Below are positions 26,575 through 38,881 of a stretch of DNA of 64,000 bases, piece by piece (the first letter of the stretch is position 1; every line of letters begins with the position of its first letter). The position numbers were made by a program, and so were the translations under genes. The notes below the pieces were generated by a model. The model was not told the DNA's origin and ran no database searches. It was given only the letters and a program-made list of their open reading frames with translations. This stretch comes from Mustelus asterias. Taxonomy: Eukaryota. Where the stretch lies: positions 24,118,001-24,182,000 of the forward strand of contig NC_135822.1 of assembly GCF_964213995.1 (NCBI RefSeq). Direction: 5' to 3'.

Positions 26575-27079
26575 TGTGGGGGAGCACTTCAGCGGTCAAG
26601 GCCTCTGATCTTCGGGTAAGCGTTCTCCAAGGCCGCCTTCACGACACACGACGGCGCAGAGTCGCTGAGCAGAGACTGATAGCCAAGTTCCGCACACATG
26701 AGGAAGGCCTCAACCGGGATCTTGGGTTCATGTCACACTATCGGTAACCCACAGCTTGCCTGGACCTGCAGAATCTCACTGGCTGTCCTGTCTGGAGACA
26801 ATACACATCTCTTTAACCTGTGCCTAATGGTCTCTCCACTCACATTGTCTGTATTAAGACTTGATTAACTGTAAAGATTCGCATTCTAATCAGTATTCTG
26901 TAACTTGAGTTTGTGTCTCTGTACGCCTTGTTTATGAGCAGATATCCACTCCATCTGACGAAGGAGCAGCGCTCCGAAAGCTAATGACATTTGCTACCAA
27001 ATAAACCTGTTGGACTTTAACCTGGTGTTGTTAAAACTTTTACTGTGTTTACCCCAGTCCAACGCCGGCATCTCCACGT
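26575..27079 (+). mobile_element. 5'-truncated Penelope-like element (GIY-YIG endonuclease C-terminus + pLTR) inserted into a SINE
   Basis: ASDLRVSVLQGRLHDTRRRRVAEQRLIAKFRTHEEGLNRDLGFMSHY resembles the PLE endonuclease end (E...GLN); TSD cgtgggtttcctcc at 26561-26574 and 27080-27093. Confidence 0.9.
26952..26986 (+). ncRNA. Minimal hammerhead ribozyme motif
   Basis: cat-CTGACGA-a-ggag-cagcg-ctcc-GAAA-g-CTA-atg. Confidence 0.85.
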
Positions 27080-27778
27080 CGTGGGTTTCCTCCCACAATC
27101 CAAAGATGTGCAGGTTAGGTTGATTGGCCCTTAATGTTGAGGGGATTAGGGGGGTAAATATGTGGGGTTATGGGGATGGGACCTGGGTGGGATTGTTGTC
27201 AGTGCCCAGGCTCAATGGGCCGAATGGCCTCATTCTGCACTGTAGATTCTATAATTTTATGATTCTAATACTGCAATGAAGTTACTGTGAAAATCCCCTT
27301 GTCGCCACACTCCAACGCCTGTTCGGGTACCCTGAGAGAGAATTTTACCATGGCCAATGCACCCAACCAACACTTTCGGACTGTGGGAGGAAACTGGAGC
27401 ACCCGGAGGAAACCCACGCAGACACAGGGAGAACGTGCTGACTCTGCACAGACAGTGACCCAAGTTGGGAATTGAACCCGGGTCCCTGGCACTGTGAGGC
27501 AGCAGTGCTAACCACTGTGCCGCCCCTTTATGTCACTTAGCTCTGAAAAAATGGATTTACAAGCAATTTTTTATGTTACTTAATTGCTGTCAGTGTTGAA
27601 ATAGCTTGCCAGATTATTTTTGGGAGGGTTTGATTCATCTATTCGGATCTAGAGATCTCACATCAACAGACTGCCATTCTAGTTCCTTTTTTCTTAAATG
27701 ATTCTTGGGCCTTTGACTACATCACTTTTTTTTATTCATTCATGGGACATGGCATCACTGGCTGGCTAGCATTTATTG

Positions 27779-28121
27779 TAAGAGGTTTAACAACACCAGG
27801 TTAAAGTCCAACAGGTTTATTTGGTAGCAAAAGCCACACAAGCTTTCGGAGCCTTAAGCCGCTTCTTCAGGTGAGTGGGAATTCTGTTCACAAACAGGGC
27901 ATATAAAGACACAAACTCAATTTACATGAATAATGGTTGGAATGCGAATACTTACAGCTAATCAAGTCTTTAAGATACAAACAATGTGAGTGGAGAGAGC
28001 ATCAAGACAGGCTAAAGAGCTGTGTATTGTCTCCAGACAGGACAGCCAGTGAGACTCTGCAGGTCCAGGCAAGCTGTGGGGATTACAAATAGTGTAACAT
28101 TAACCCAATATCCCGGTTGAG
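27779..28121 (-). mobile_element. Penelope-like fragment (single arm, no terminal extension) with hammerhead at 27837-27873
   Basis: Reverse complement begins cctcaaccgggatattggg (LNRDIG); TSD gcatttattg at 27769-27778 and 28122-28131. Confidence 0.85.
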
Positions 28122-31100
28122 GCATTTATTGCCCATCCCTAGTTGCTGTGGCTCTGGAGTGACATGTAGGCCAGACCAGGTAAGATGTGCAGGTTAGGTT
28201 GATTGGCCAGGTTAAAAATTGCCCCTTAGAATCCTAAAATGCGTAGGTTAGAGGGATTAGCAGGTAAATATGTGGGGGTAGGGCCTGGGTGGGATTGTGA
28301 TCGGTGCAGACTCGATGGGCCGAATGGCCTCCTTCTGCACTGTAGGGTTCCTATGATTTCTATGACGGCAGATTTCCTTCCCTAAAGGACATTAATAAAC
28401 CAGATTTTTTTTCCCAAACAATCAATAATGGTTTCATGGTCATCAGCAGATTCTTAATTCCAGATTTTTTTATTGAATTCAAATTCCACTGTCTGCTGTG
28501 GCAGGATTTGAAGCCGGGACCCCAGAACATTAGCTGAGTTTCTGGATTAATAGTCTAGCAATCATACCATTAGGCCATCACCTAGTGGTATTGGAAACTA
28601 ATTCCACATACTGAGCTCTGACAAAGGGTCATCCAGACTTGAAACGTTTGGCTCTATTCTCCCTCCACAGATGCTGCTGATATTTTCCAGCATTTTCTGT
28701 TTCTGTTTCAGATTCCAGCATGGAATGCGCTGCCAAGTGGTGGGGGCCTGGAATGCGCTGCCAAGTAGGGTGGTGGAGGCAGGCACGCTGACATCGTTTA
28801 AGACTTACCTGGATAGTCACATGAGCAGCCTGGGAATGGAGGGATACAAACGATTGGTCTAGTTGGACCAAGGAGCGGCACAGGCTTGGAGGGCCGAAGG
28901 GCCTGTTTCCTGTGCTGTACTGTTCTTTGTTCTTTATCTGCAGTATTTTGCCTTTATCCACATACTGATCACTTTCTTGTCATGGTGTAAACTGGGCAAT
29001 AGAGTGTTTTGCAGACAAATTTACATTTCTTCCTATTTTCATTTTCTGATGAAGAATTTCCCGAAATCTGCCCTAAAAATGGCTTCTCACGTTTGAACCT
29101 TATCTTCTTGTTCGACTCCTGCAATTTAATTTCTTTCAGGTTATGATACTAAATACATAGAATATCCAGCACAGAAACAGGATAAAGATATTTTCTGGTG
29201 TTTCTGCTGCCCAAGCGCCCCGCCACATTCCACTTAATCTAACCTTATCAGCATAACCCTTATATCCTTCTTTGTATGTTTATCCAACTTCTACTAATGC
29301 ATCCAGTGTTTGTCTCAATTACTTGGTGAGCTTTGCTCACCATTTCTGATCACTCTAGGTATATAAAATATTCCTTTTGAACTCCTTTATTGGTGATTGA
29401 TCTTATTTTTATGGCCTCTTTATTGTCTCCCCCAAAAGTGGAAACATCTTATCTATACATTAGCAATCCCTTTTATAACCTTAAAGATTATGTTACCCTT
29501 CAGCCTTCTCTTTTCAGAGCTCCAAGTCTAATCAATTTCTCTCTTGTCCTTGTAACCTCTCACTTCTGTTATCAGCCTTATAATCTTTGTTGCAGCTTCA
29601 ATACCTCTATGTCCTTTCTATATAAGATCAGAACTCTGCACAGTATTTTAGGTGTGGTCTAACCAAGATTCTATAAAGGTTTAACACGATGGGTGGAATT
29701 TAATGCCTTCGCTTTGGCAAGTTTGGTGTTTAATCAGGTGGGAGGGTGGCAGGTTGGGACCCTGCCTCCCTGCTTCCAACCTGATTCAGTCGGTGGCAGC
29801 AAGCCTGTGGATGGCTTTCCTACTCCATGCCAAGGTATTAACCCAGCAGAGGCAGGAAGCAACATGCAATGAACATGATAAACAAACCTGCACAGGGTTG
29901 CTTGCAAGTTTCCAGGGTGGTGTCCCTGGCTCAAAGACACTAATGCCTGATCGAGGGACCAGATGTTGGGAAGGGGAGGGTTGTATGTGAGGCCCTCTGA
30001 AAGTCATTACCTGGCCAGCTCTTACTGTGGGGCCCACTCTCCCCCACTATGACCCATCCCACAACGCCCCCATCACCAGCTAGGATCCAGTGACAATCCT
30101 AGACTTTGGGTTGATGTCCTACCAGCAGCAGCACCTCACCACTGGTATTGCCATTCAATCGGCCTCTGATTTAGCTGGCAATTCTTGGCAGGTGGGATAC
30201 CTGCTCCGCAAGTTCTTGAACGCAAGGAAGTCCACCGCTGTCCAACCAAGTGCCTGGCTGAGTGGCAGTAATTTAGTGGTGTTCCCTAAAAAAGAAGACA
30301 CTGAGCTCTTGCTGGCTCTCCAGCTGGTGACTAATATGCCTTCATTAAATACTGTCCAATGTTGCTGTTTCTTAATTCTATTTCTCTAGAAATAAACTGC
30401 TGTACTTTGTTTGCTTTTCTTACGTTGCCTTTTTCTGTGATCTGTGCATCCGTACCCTTTGCTCCACTACTGCGTAGATTCTTATTTTCTGAGAATTACT
30501 ATTTTGTCACCCAACAGCCTGCCCCACTACACTTCGCACTTCTCCCTTCTCTGGTTAACACTGGTAATCTTCTTCTACTCCCAATCCTAATCTCATCTTC
30601 TCCCCTCGGGCCCTACCCAAAAGCACCATTCCCAACTGTTGTCTCCTTCAATTTTGCTTCATTATGATCCATTTCCTCTCTACCCTCAAAAGGAATTCTA
30701 CCCAAGTCTTGTTTGTTAATGATTCCAGTCTCTGCGTGCACAAGGCAGGAATTTCTGTTCTTGCAAGTACAAGTCCCACAAAATGCTGGCTGTTGGCACA
30801 CAAGCCTCTGCAATTTGAAACTAGCATATTCTGTGCTCTAAGAATACATTGGCTTCATTGAAGCAGAGGCTAAGATAGCTCTGAGTTTTAGTTAGTGTTC
30901 TCTGACACACAGGTCATCTCTCTCAGTTGAAGAGTTAAGTGGCCTTCCAGAACTGGCAGATGAGATAATTACATCAGGAAAGGAGAGAGTCTTTTAAAGT
31001 TTTTTCCATAACTGTTCTCCACATGACTGCATCCAGAAATGCAGAGCCAGTTCCTACACTGTGCTCACACCCAACTCTGCTTCTCAACCCAATAGCCTCT

Positions 31101-33819
31101 GCGCTGTGATTTGTTTGTCCAATGTCCAGTTATGGATGAGTGACAATATCCTGAAACTCAACATCCATCATTTTGGCCCCATCCACAAACACATTGTGGG
31201 GACTTTTAAACCCCAAAATGGATGAGCTGTGGAAAGTATTGAAATGTCAAACCCAAACCCAATCAACCTCAAATATGCCTATTCCCATTCTTAATAGAGG
31301 CAGGATGTAGGAATGGGACTGGTCAACCCATTCTTGGGATAAATATTATACAAAGGTTGTTTGCCTGACATTTTATGTCTTCCAGGTTTCCTGAACATTG
31401 GGAGCTGGAGGGAAGCGAGGACATCTGCATGGAAGAGATAAATGCCTTTCCAGCACCGTTCAAGGGCCAGAAGCAGCAAAAATACTTCCCTCCAGGCCAC
31501 AAAGCAAAAAAACTAACCCCTTCAGATCATGAACTCACCTGCCCTCCCATCCCATTGATCTCTTCCTTCAACTCTGACCCATCATCACCCAAGCTGCTCT
31601 CTAGATACTCCACCACCCCCTGACTCTATCTGTATTCCAGGTTCCCTACCTGTTCCTGGGCAGCAGTCTCCTCCAGTGTGTTCCTCACCTGATAGGGAGC
31701 CAAGCCTGTCAATCAATCTGGTCTCTGGCAGGGCAGTGTCTTAGTTGTAATGATGCTGGACCAGTAATCCAGAGACCCAGGCTAGTACTCGAAGGGTCAA
31801 ATCCTCACTAAACTATTGGATTATCATAAAAACTCATCTGGTTCACTTTTAGGGAAGGAAAATTGCTGTCCTTACCTGATCTGTCCTACCTGTGACTCCC
31901 GACTCACAGCAATGTTGTTGACTCTTTAACTGTCCAAGTAAATCAATCAGTTGTACCAATCTACTAAAAAGTCAAATTGTAAGACGAGTTGGACCATCCA
32001 GCATCAGACTAGGCATTGGAATTGACCTACACCAGAAGGACTTGCAGGGGATCTACAATGTGTCTTACCACCACTTTCTCAAGGGCAATTAGATATGCTG
32101 GTCTTGCTAGTGATGCCCATATCCCATGAAAGATTGCAAAAAACCTGCTGGAAGAAAATACAATATTGGCTCAGAAAGCCAAGGTCAGGGTCAGTTACCT
32201 TCTTGATCCTCTTATCCACCCATTCAATCACAAAGATTGTTTATTTCCACCTCCACAATATTACTTGCCTGCATCTCGATGCCATTAATGCCTATATATC
32301 TTCAACTGATAGAAACATAGAAACCCTACAGTACAGAAAGAGGCCATTCGGCCCATCGCGTCTGCACCAACTACAATCCCACCCAGGCCCTACCCCCATA
32401 TCCCTACATATTTTACCCGCTAATCCCTCTAATCTACGTATCCCAGTACACTAAGGGGCAATTTTTTAGCCTAGCCAATCAACCTAACCCGCACATCTTT
32501 GGACTGCATTCATGATGAAGTGGGACTTCACAGTGAACCCACAAACTTCTGGCTCAGAATAGGAGAGTGATTCTATGAAGAACAAAACCTGAGGTCCCCT
32601 TGTGGGTGAAATGTCTCCCATCATTGATTCCTGTTTTGAACTCCCACCATTGGTTTCACAAAAATTAACACAAATAACTTCACTGGCTGGAACTCTATCA
32701 CCTCGCCCGCCTAGAATCAGAGTGGGCGAGGGTCTGACAATGGAAATCTCCATTGATCTCGGGTGGGAATTTCCAGTCTCGCCCGAGCAAGGCCATAAAA
32801 TCCTGCCCATCGTCTCTGTGTCCAAAGAGCTCATGCTGCAACATTCTGGTAATCAGGATAACCTTTCAGCAAATGAGTCAGTCTTGTTGTGTGCGAGTGC
32901 GATGATGGAATCCAGTGTACAAGTGAAATTCATCATTTAAAAATTACATTAAGCAATAATGATTCCAGTTCTATGCTGCAAACAGAAATCGTGCTGTTGT
33001 ACAACAGATATACCATGAAACAAAATGATTTTGCAATGAGGGCTGGACTACAGGGACGTTATTTTCTGAGTCTTGCATGGGGAGGGAACCGTACAGATTA
33101 TAAACAATACCACAAACTGTGGTTTAAAGAATGCAGCATTCTTGTATAAATCTTTAAGAAGGCTTTTTATTTTATAATAAAAATACACAATTCATGACTG
33201 CATTTTTGGTTGTGCAAAGTACAAAATTACAAATTAGTGAAATATTAAATATTCTACAAGCTTTCATAGTTAATTCAATTCACACCAGGTGAACTAAAAT
33301 ATTAGACAGCTGTTGCAAACACTGATTTATTTTGGTCTCTTGCCCATGCCCCCTCCTGAAGGTGCTAATTCCACATTGGATTACAGTTCCAAAAGTGTCA
33401 GTCTTGCTTTGGTAACTTGTCCAGCATGACCCATTTTATCCCCAAGTGTAGACCATGAACACTGACAAGTTATTCAAACGTGGAGGGCATCACGACTCAA
33501 TCCAAGCATGTCTTTATTCAACTTTCGGCATGGGTCATGGATAGTGATCAAGGGCACACTGGCCAGTTTTTATCTTCCTATCCCTGTCGGCGGATACCAG
33601 TTATAGCTGGAATGGCAGTAAGTGCGCTAAGATTAACTAACTCAGAACAAAGATCGAAGTTATGCCTTTACCATACTCACTTCCTAATTTAGGCACAGAA
33701 GCTAATTAAATATAACTCTCATATTTCACAATCCAGCTCAGGGTTGGGGTAGGGCAAGATTAATTGAACTTAACTGCTTGTTGTCATAACCAAGCTGCCC
33801 AGCAATTAGACTGAAAACC

Positions 33820-34041
33820 ATGTCGGAGACCGACCCCAAGATGGTGCAGGATTTGACCACCGTGGTTACCACACTGCTCCAACAGATGCAGGACAAGTTC
33901 CAGACCATGTCCGACCAGATCATCGGTAGAATTGATGAGATGAGTGCTTGCATTGATGACCCAGGGAAAAACATTGCTGGTCTCATGACGCAAGCAGGAG
34001 TTGCAGAAATAGGAGGAGGAGAAAGCAAGGCTCCCAAGTAA
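33820..34041 (+). pseudogene. HSBP1: Processed (intronless) HSBP1 retrocopy, ORF open but diverged
   Basis: [42 protein letters not shown] closely matches HSBP1; no introns; conserved RIDDLEKNIAD changed to [11 protein letters not shown]; followed by an AT-rich UTR-like stretch ending in a short A-run near 34242-34249. Confidence 0.88.
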
Positions 34042-34899
34042 CCGGAAGAGGATGGTGAGAGACATTTTCTTGACACCTATTCAGCTTATTTACTTAATTC
34101 AAGACTTGGTGCTGTGCTAAAATGATTTTTTTTTTTAATATTGAAAATAATGGGTGTGTTAACAGCTGTTTTTGAAATGTCTTTTGCAAGAAAATGTATT
34201 GCTTAAAATTCAATACACATTAAGGGAATTGTAAACTTGTTAAAAAAAACTGCCTCATTTCACCATCCACTCATCCTAGTGGTTCCATGTGTTTGAAGAA
34301 CTAAAATAGTGTGAATCCAATTGTTCTTTCGTCAATACAAGTATCGAATAGAGAAAGGTCAATTTTAGATGCTGAAACCAAATCTTGCTTTCTGTTACTC
34401 CCCAGCTGAACAAATAAAGTGTCTTAAAGGTCATTTGAATAGTTCTCCTCCCCAAAAAGACAAGGTTATTTTATCTGAATGTTAGCGCAATGAATGGATT
34501 GTGTCAATGCTGGTTAGTTCATCAATTGCGCAATGTCACCCGTACATTAAAATACATTCAATGATTAATTGGCACCCAACGCTCTCCTTGCGTACCGTAA
34601 TATGATACAAATTTCTGAACTGCAATAGAAATATACAACCTGAAGGATAGGAATGGAGCAGCACAGCGATAATCATTTCCTTGAAAAACCAGATTGCTGA
34701 GATGTTTGAGATTTTTCGAAGTGATTTATAGCAAGATGATAGCCGAATACTTCATAGAATCATCATAGAATTCCTACAGTGCAGAAGGAGGCCATTCGGC
34801 CCATCAAGTCTGCACCAACCACAATCCCACCCAAGCCCTATTCCCGTAACCCCACATATTTACCCTGCTGCTAATCTTGTAAAACATAATCTGAAAACA

Positions 34900-35013
34900 T
34901 CACCACTTCGCTTTGTTAAAGAAGTAAAAATGTTTGCGGAGGAAGTTGAAGGAACCGGGGATCTGCTTGTACACTCCTTTAGCTTCCTCGTTTTCTGAAA
35001 TGCTTCTTGTTAC
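34900..35013 (-). CDS. CASP9: Caspase-9 exon 9 (last coding exon)
   Basis: cag|VTRSISENEEAKGVYKQIPGSFNFLRKHFYFFNKAKW*; resembles human KGIYKQMPGCFNFLRKKLFF. Confidence 0.95.
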   Translation of the reverse strand, partial: VTRSISENEEAKGVYKQIPGSFNFLRKHFYFFNKAKW

Positions 35014-37024
35014 CTGAAAAATAGATAACATCCTGAACCACCTGCTCAAAATTCTCAACAGCAAACCACACGATGATGCACAGGCCTGAATACTTATACT
35101 GTTCCATATTTTAAAAATACATTGTAAAACAAACTCGTAAGAAGCCAAAATGTATGCAGCCAACCCTGAACCTGAGCCATAGGAAGCTCTGGGATTTAAT
35201 CCCTGGGTTCCCAGATTGCAATGCAATTCGGCTAGTTTAACATAGGACCATAGAAAAGCTATGGTGCAGAAAGAGGCCATTCAGTCCATCGTGTCTGCCC
35301 TGTCCAAAAAAGAGAAAAAAGAAACTAGCGGCTCATTTTAATTCCACTTTCCAGCCCCTGATCATGGCATGTTACAACACTTCAGATGCAGATACAGGTA
35401 CCTATTTAATGAGTTGAGCATTTAATCGTAGAATCCCTACAGTGCAGAAGGAGGCCATTCGGCCCATTGAGTCTGCACCGACCCTCTGACAGTGTATCTT
35501 ACCCAGGCTTCATCCCACGTATTTACCCCACTAATCCCCTTAACCAACACATCTTTAGACACTAAGGGACAACTTAGCATGGCCAATCTGCCCATTTGCA
35601 CATCTTTGGACTGTGGAAGGAAACTGGAGCACCTAGAGGAAACCTACACGGGGAGAATGTGCAAACCCCCACCAGACAAGTCACTCAAGGCTGGAATTGA
35701 ACCTGGATCCCTGGCGCTATGAGGCAGCAGTGCTAACCACTGTGCCACCATTGAGGCTATGAACAGGCTTGACTGTGAAGGGAAGAGCTTGATTACACTC
35801 ACCAACACAGCACCATACCCTAAGAATGGCCACCAATGGAGGGTGGCCATTGCTTCCAAACATATCCAACAAGAGTAGTATCTTCAGAAAACGAACTAAT
35901 AAGAAACTAACAACAAATAAAATCACCTCACTCAACCTGTTCTTCTCAATGTTCCAGGTACTATGTACATTTCAAGTAATTGGTGTTGTCAGTTAAGTTT
36001 CAGTAAAACGTATCAAATTTAGCATACAGTCTCCACTTCAACTGTGAAAATATCCAGCAGTACAATTATAGATTTGTCCTTCTAAACTTGGCTGTGTATG
36101 GAGAGGTTAATTTGAACTGAATAACACTGAGCTACATAACTGGTTGACATCTGTCTAACGTGTAGTAGTGACCGGAGTATATTGAGGAAATTATGTATCT
36201 GATTTGAGGAGTATCATGTATTAAGAACAACTGCTTCCTATAATAATATCGTGATGAAAGAACACTTAATACATCTGCTGAGAACAATATACACTCATTA
36301 ATTCAGGTACAGCTGTCCATATTTGAATGACCCCATCTCCTAATGGTAAATTATTTTAAAAAGCTAATTGCAATTAATAAAGATCTGACATGGGGTTGAA
36401 TTGTGGCCACTTATGGCACATAAATGTGAGATTTTTAAGCAGAGCAAACTAGAACAACCTGTGTTTATACAGCATCCTTAATGTAGAAAACATCCCAAGG
36501 CACTTAAATGAGAGCATTTAGCAAGAAAAATATTTTTGATGCCATAGATACTGGGAGGGATTTGATTGAAGAAATAGGTTTTATGGAGCATCTAAACAGG
36601 GGATAGAAGGGTGGCAAAGCAGAGAGGTTTAGGGAGGGTTTATGGCCAAAGCAACCTGAAGCACGGCTGTCAGTGGTGGAGCGATTAAAATAGGAAAGGA
36701 GCAAGAGGTAGAATTGGAGGAGTGCAGAGATCTTGAAGGCTTGTAGGGTTGAAGGAGTTCGCAGAGATAGGAAGGGGCAAGGGTGAGGATTTTAAAACTG
36801 AGGCATTGTTGGATTGGGAGCCAGTGCAGGTCAGCAAGCACAGAAGTGACGGGTGAACGAGACTTGATGCAAGTTAAGAAAGTGCAGAATTTTGACTTGA
36901 GCATGTAGGGTGGAAAACGTGAGGTCAGTCAGGACCTGTACCAAATACAACGCACTTTTCGGGTGCTGACCCCAAATATTCTGTCTCAACTTATTGTGGC
37001 TCATAGTAAAATAAAACAACTCAC

Positions 37025-37134
37025 CTGCATTAGGAGTGTCTGTAGATCATATAAATGGGCATATTTACTGAAAATATTCACTAGTGTTTTCATATACCAA
37101 GATCCCTCCTTTTTATCTCGCCAGGACACATAGC
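37025..37134 (-). CDS. CASP9: Caspase-9 exon 8
   Basis: tag|GC TAT...CAG|gtgagt; YVSWRDKKEGSWYMKTLVNIFSKYAHLYDLQTLLMQ, 110 nt. Confidence 0.95.
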
Positions 37135-37457
37135 CTAAAGGGTTCACAAACATCAGAATAAGCCATTGTAATGTGGCATAAGTGAGAAAAAAAACTGTAC
37201 AAGTGCTTCTACACTTCTGTAATTACAATTCTGTAATATTGAAACTACAGTTTCTGTAATATTGAAATGACTAATATTATTTTTTATAATATTGAAACTA
37301 CAGTTTCAATATTATAATATTATAAAAAAATATATATATAGGCACTGGTGAAGGCACAAAGATTTATAAGGATACCAGAACTGAGAAGGTTCTACCTATC
37401 AGGAGAGTTTGAACAGGCCGCGGCTCTCTTCTCTAGAAAATAAAAGGCTAAGTAGAG

Positions 37458-37566
37458 ATGGACGAAGGAGCAGCACTCCGAATGCTAGTGATTTCAAGCA
37501 AATCTGTTGGACTATAACCTGGTGTCGTCTTGTCCACCCCAGTCCAACTCTGGCATCTCCACATCA
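37458..37566 (+). mobile_element. Degenerate Penelope-like terminus inside an old CR1 fragment
   Basis: ggacgaaggagcagcactccgaatgc...catctccacatca; TSD taagtagag at 37449-37457 and 37567-37575. Confidence 0.75.
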
Positions 37567-38704
37567 TAAGTAGAGGAAGAGGTCTTTAAGATTATGAAAG
37601 GGTTTGTTAGGGTACATTGGGAAAATAGATCCTCTGATGGGGAGGACCAAAAATAGGTTCATAAATAGAAGACAGCCACCAAGAAACCCAATGGGAAATT
37701 CAGGAGAAATGCTTTTGCTGTAGTGGTGTGAATGCATAACATGCCATCTCACGGAACATTGAGGCGAATAGCATAAATGCATTTAAGAGAAAGCTGGATA
37801 AACACACAAGGGAGGGAGAAACAGAAGGTTATGCTATTCGGTAAAGTAAAGTTTATTTACTTGTCACAAGTAAGGCTTACATTAACATTGCAACGAAGTT
37901 ACTGTGAAATTCCCCTAGTCGCCACAATCCAGCGCCTGTTTGGGTCAATGCACCTAACCAGCACGTCTTTCAGAATGTGGGAGAAAACCGGAGCACGTGG
38001 AGGAAACCCACGCAGACACGGGGAGAATGTGCAAACTCTACACAGACAGTGACCCAAGCCGGGAATTGACCCGGGTCCCTGGCACTGTGCCATCGTGCCG
38101 CTCAGTTGGAAAGGAATGGGATGAAATTTGTGTGGAGCACAAACACTAGCATAGACCAGGTGGCCCAAAGGGCCTGTTTCTGTGTTCTACATTCAATGTA
38201 AAAATGTAAATGACCACTCAACATTTAGGCTTCTCACCATAAGGGACACCCACGAGTAATATTGTATCCTCTTCAATGTTCCTAACTTCATTTCAAAGCC
38301 ATAGTTTCTTTACAAACTGCTTTGGAAACATAGTTTCTTTCCCCCCAATAATACAGTACTATCTTTTCTTACAAAGGTGGGTGTAGAGCATGAACCTCTG
38401 TTACTAATTGGCAAAGAGCTATGACCATCATTCCACAAAACACAGGGCTGAATGATGACTGGGAAATGTCACCAGCTGGATTGCCAGAATTGGAGGTGCT
38501 TCATTTTCCAAGCATTAAAATTCATCATTTTGATAAGTATAAAAATCACAAGATTGGAATTAACATCAGTCAATAAAAATGTTATAAACTGACTGATGCT
38601 AGCTGCTTGAGCCTGAGAAATGCAACAACACTGACATTCAATTGGATCCGTTGCTAACATCGTTCACATTGATCCAGAGGCATTAACAGGGCAAGTAACG
38701 GTAC

Positions 38705-38881
38705 CTGGGAAGGTAGAATATGAGACCAAAATGTCACTAGGCGTTGGCAAGCTCGATGATGCATCTGGCTCATCTGCTGGTAGACAAGGAGTTGCGTCGG
38801 TCTGCACACTAATGGGGTCATAGGGTATACTAAAAGCACTATCCACCTCCTCAGCGGTCTTGAATCCTGTATCCGTCAGAA
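38705..38881 (-). CDS. CASP9: Caspase-9 exon 7 (inter-subunit linker)
   Basis: cag|TT...G|gtaccg; LTDTGFKTAEEVDSAFSIPYDPISVQTDATPCLPADEPDASSSLPTPSDILVSYSTFP. Confidence 0.95.
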
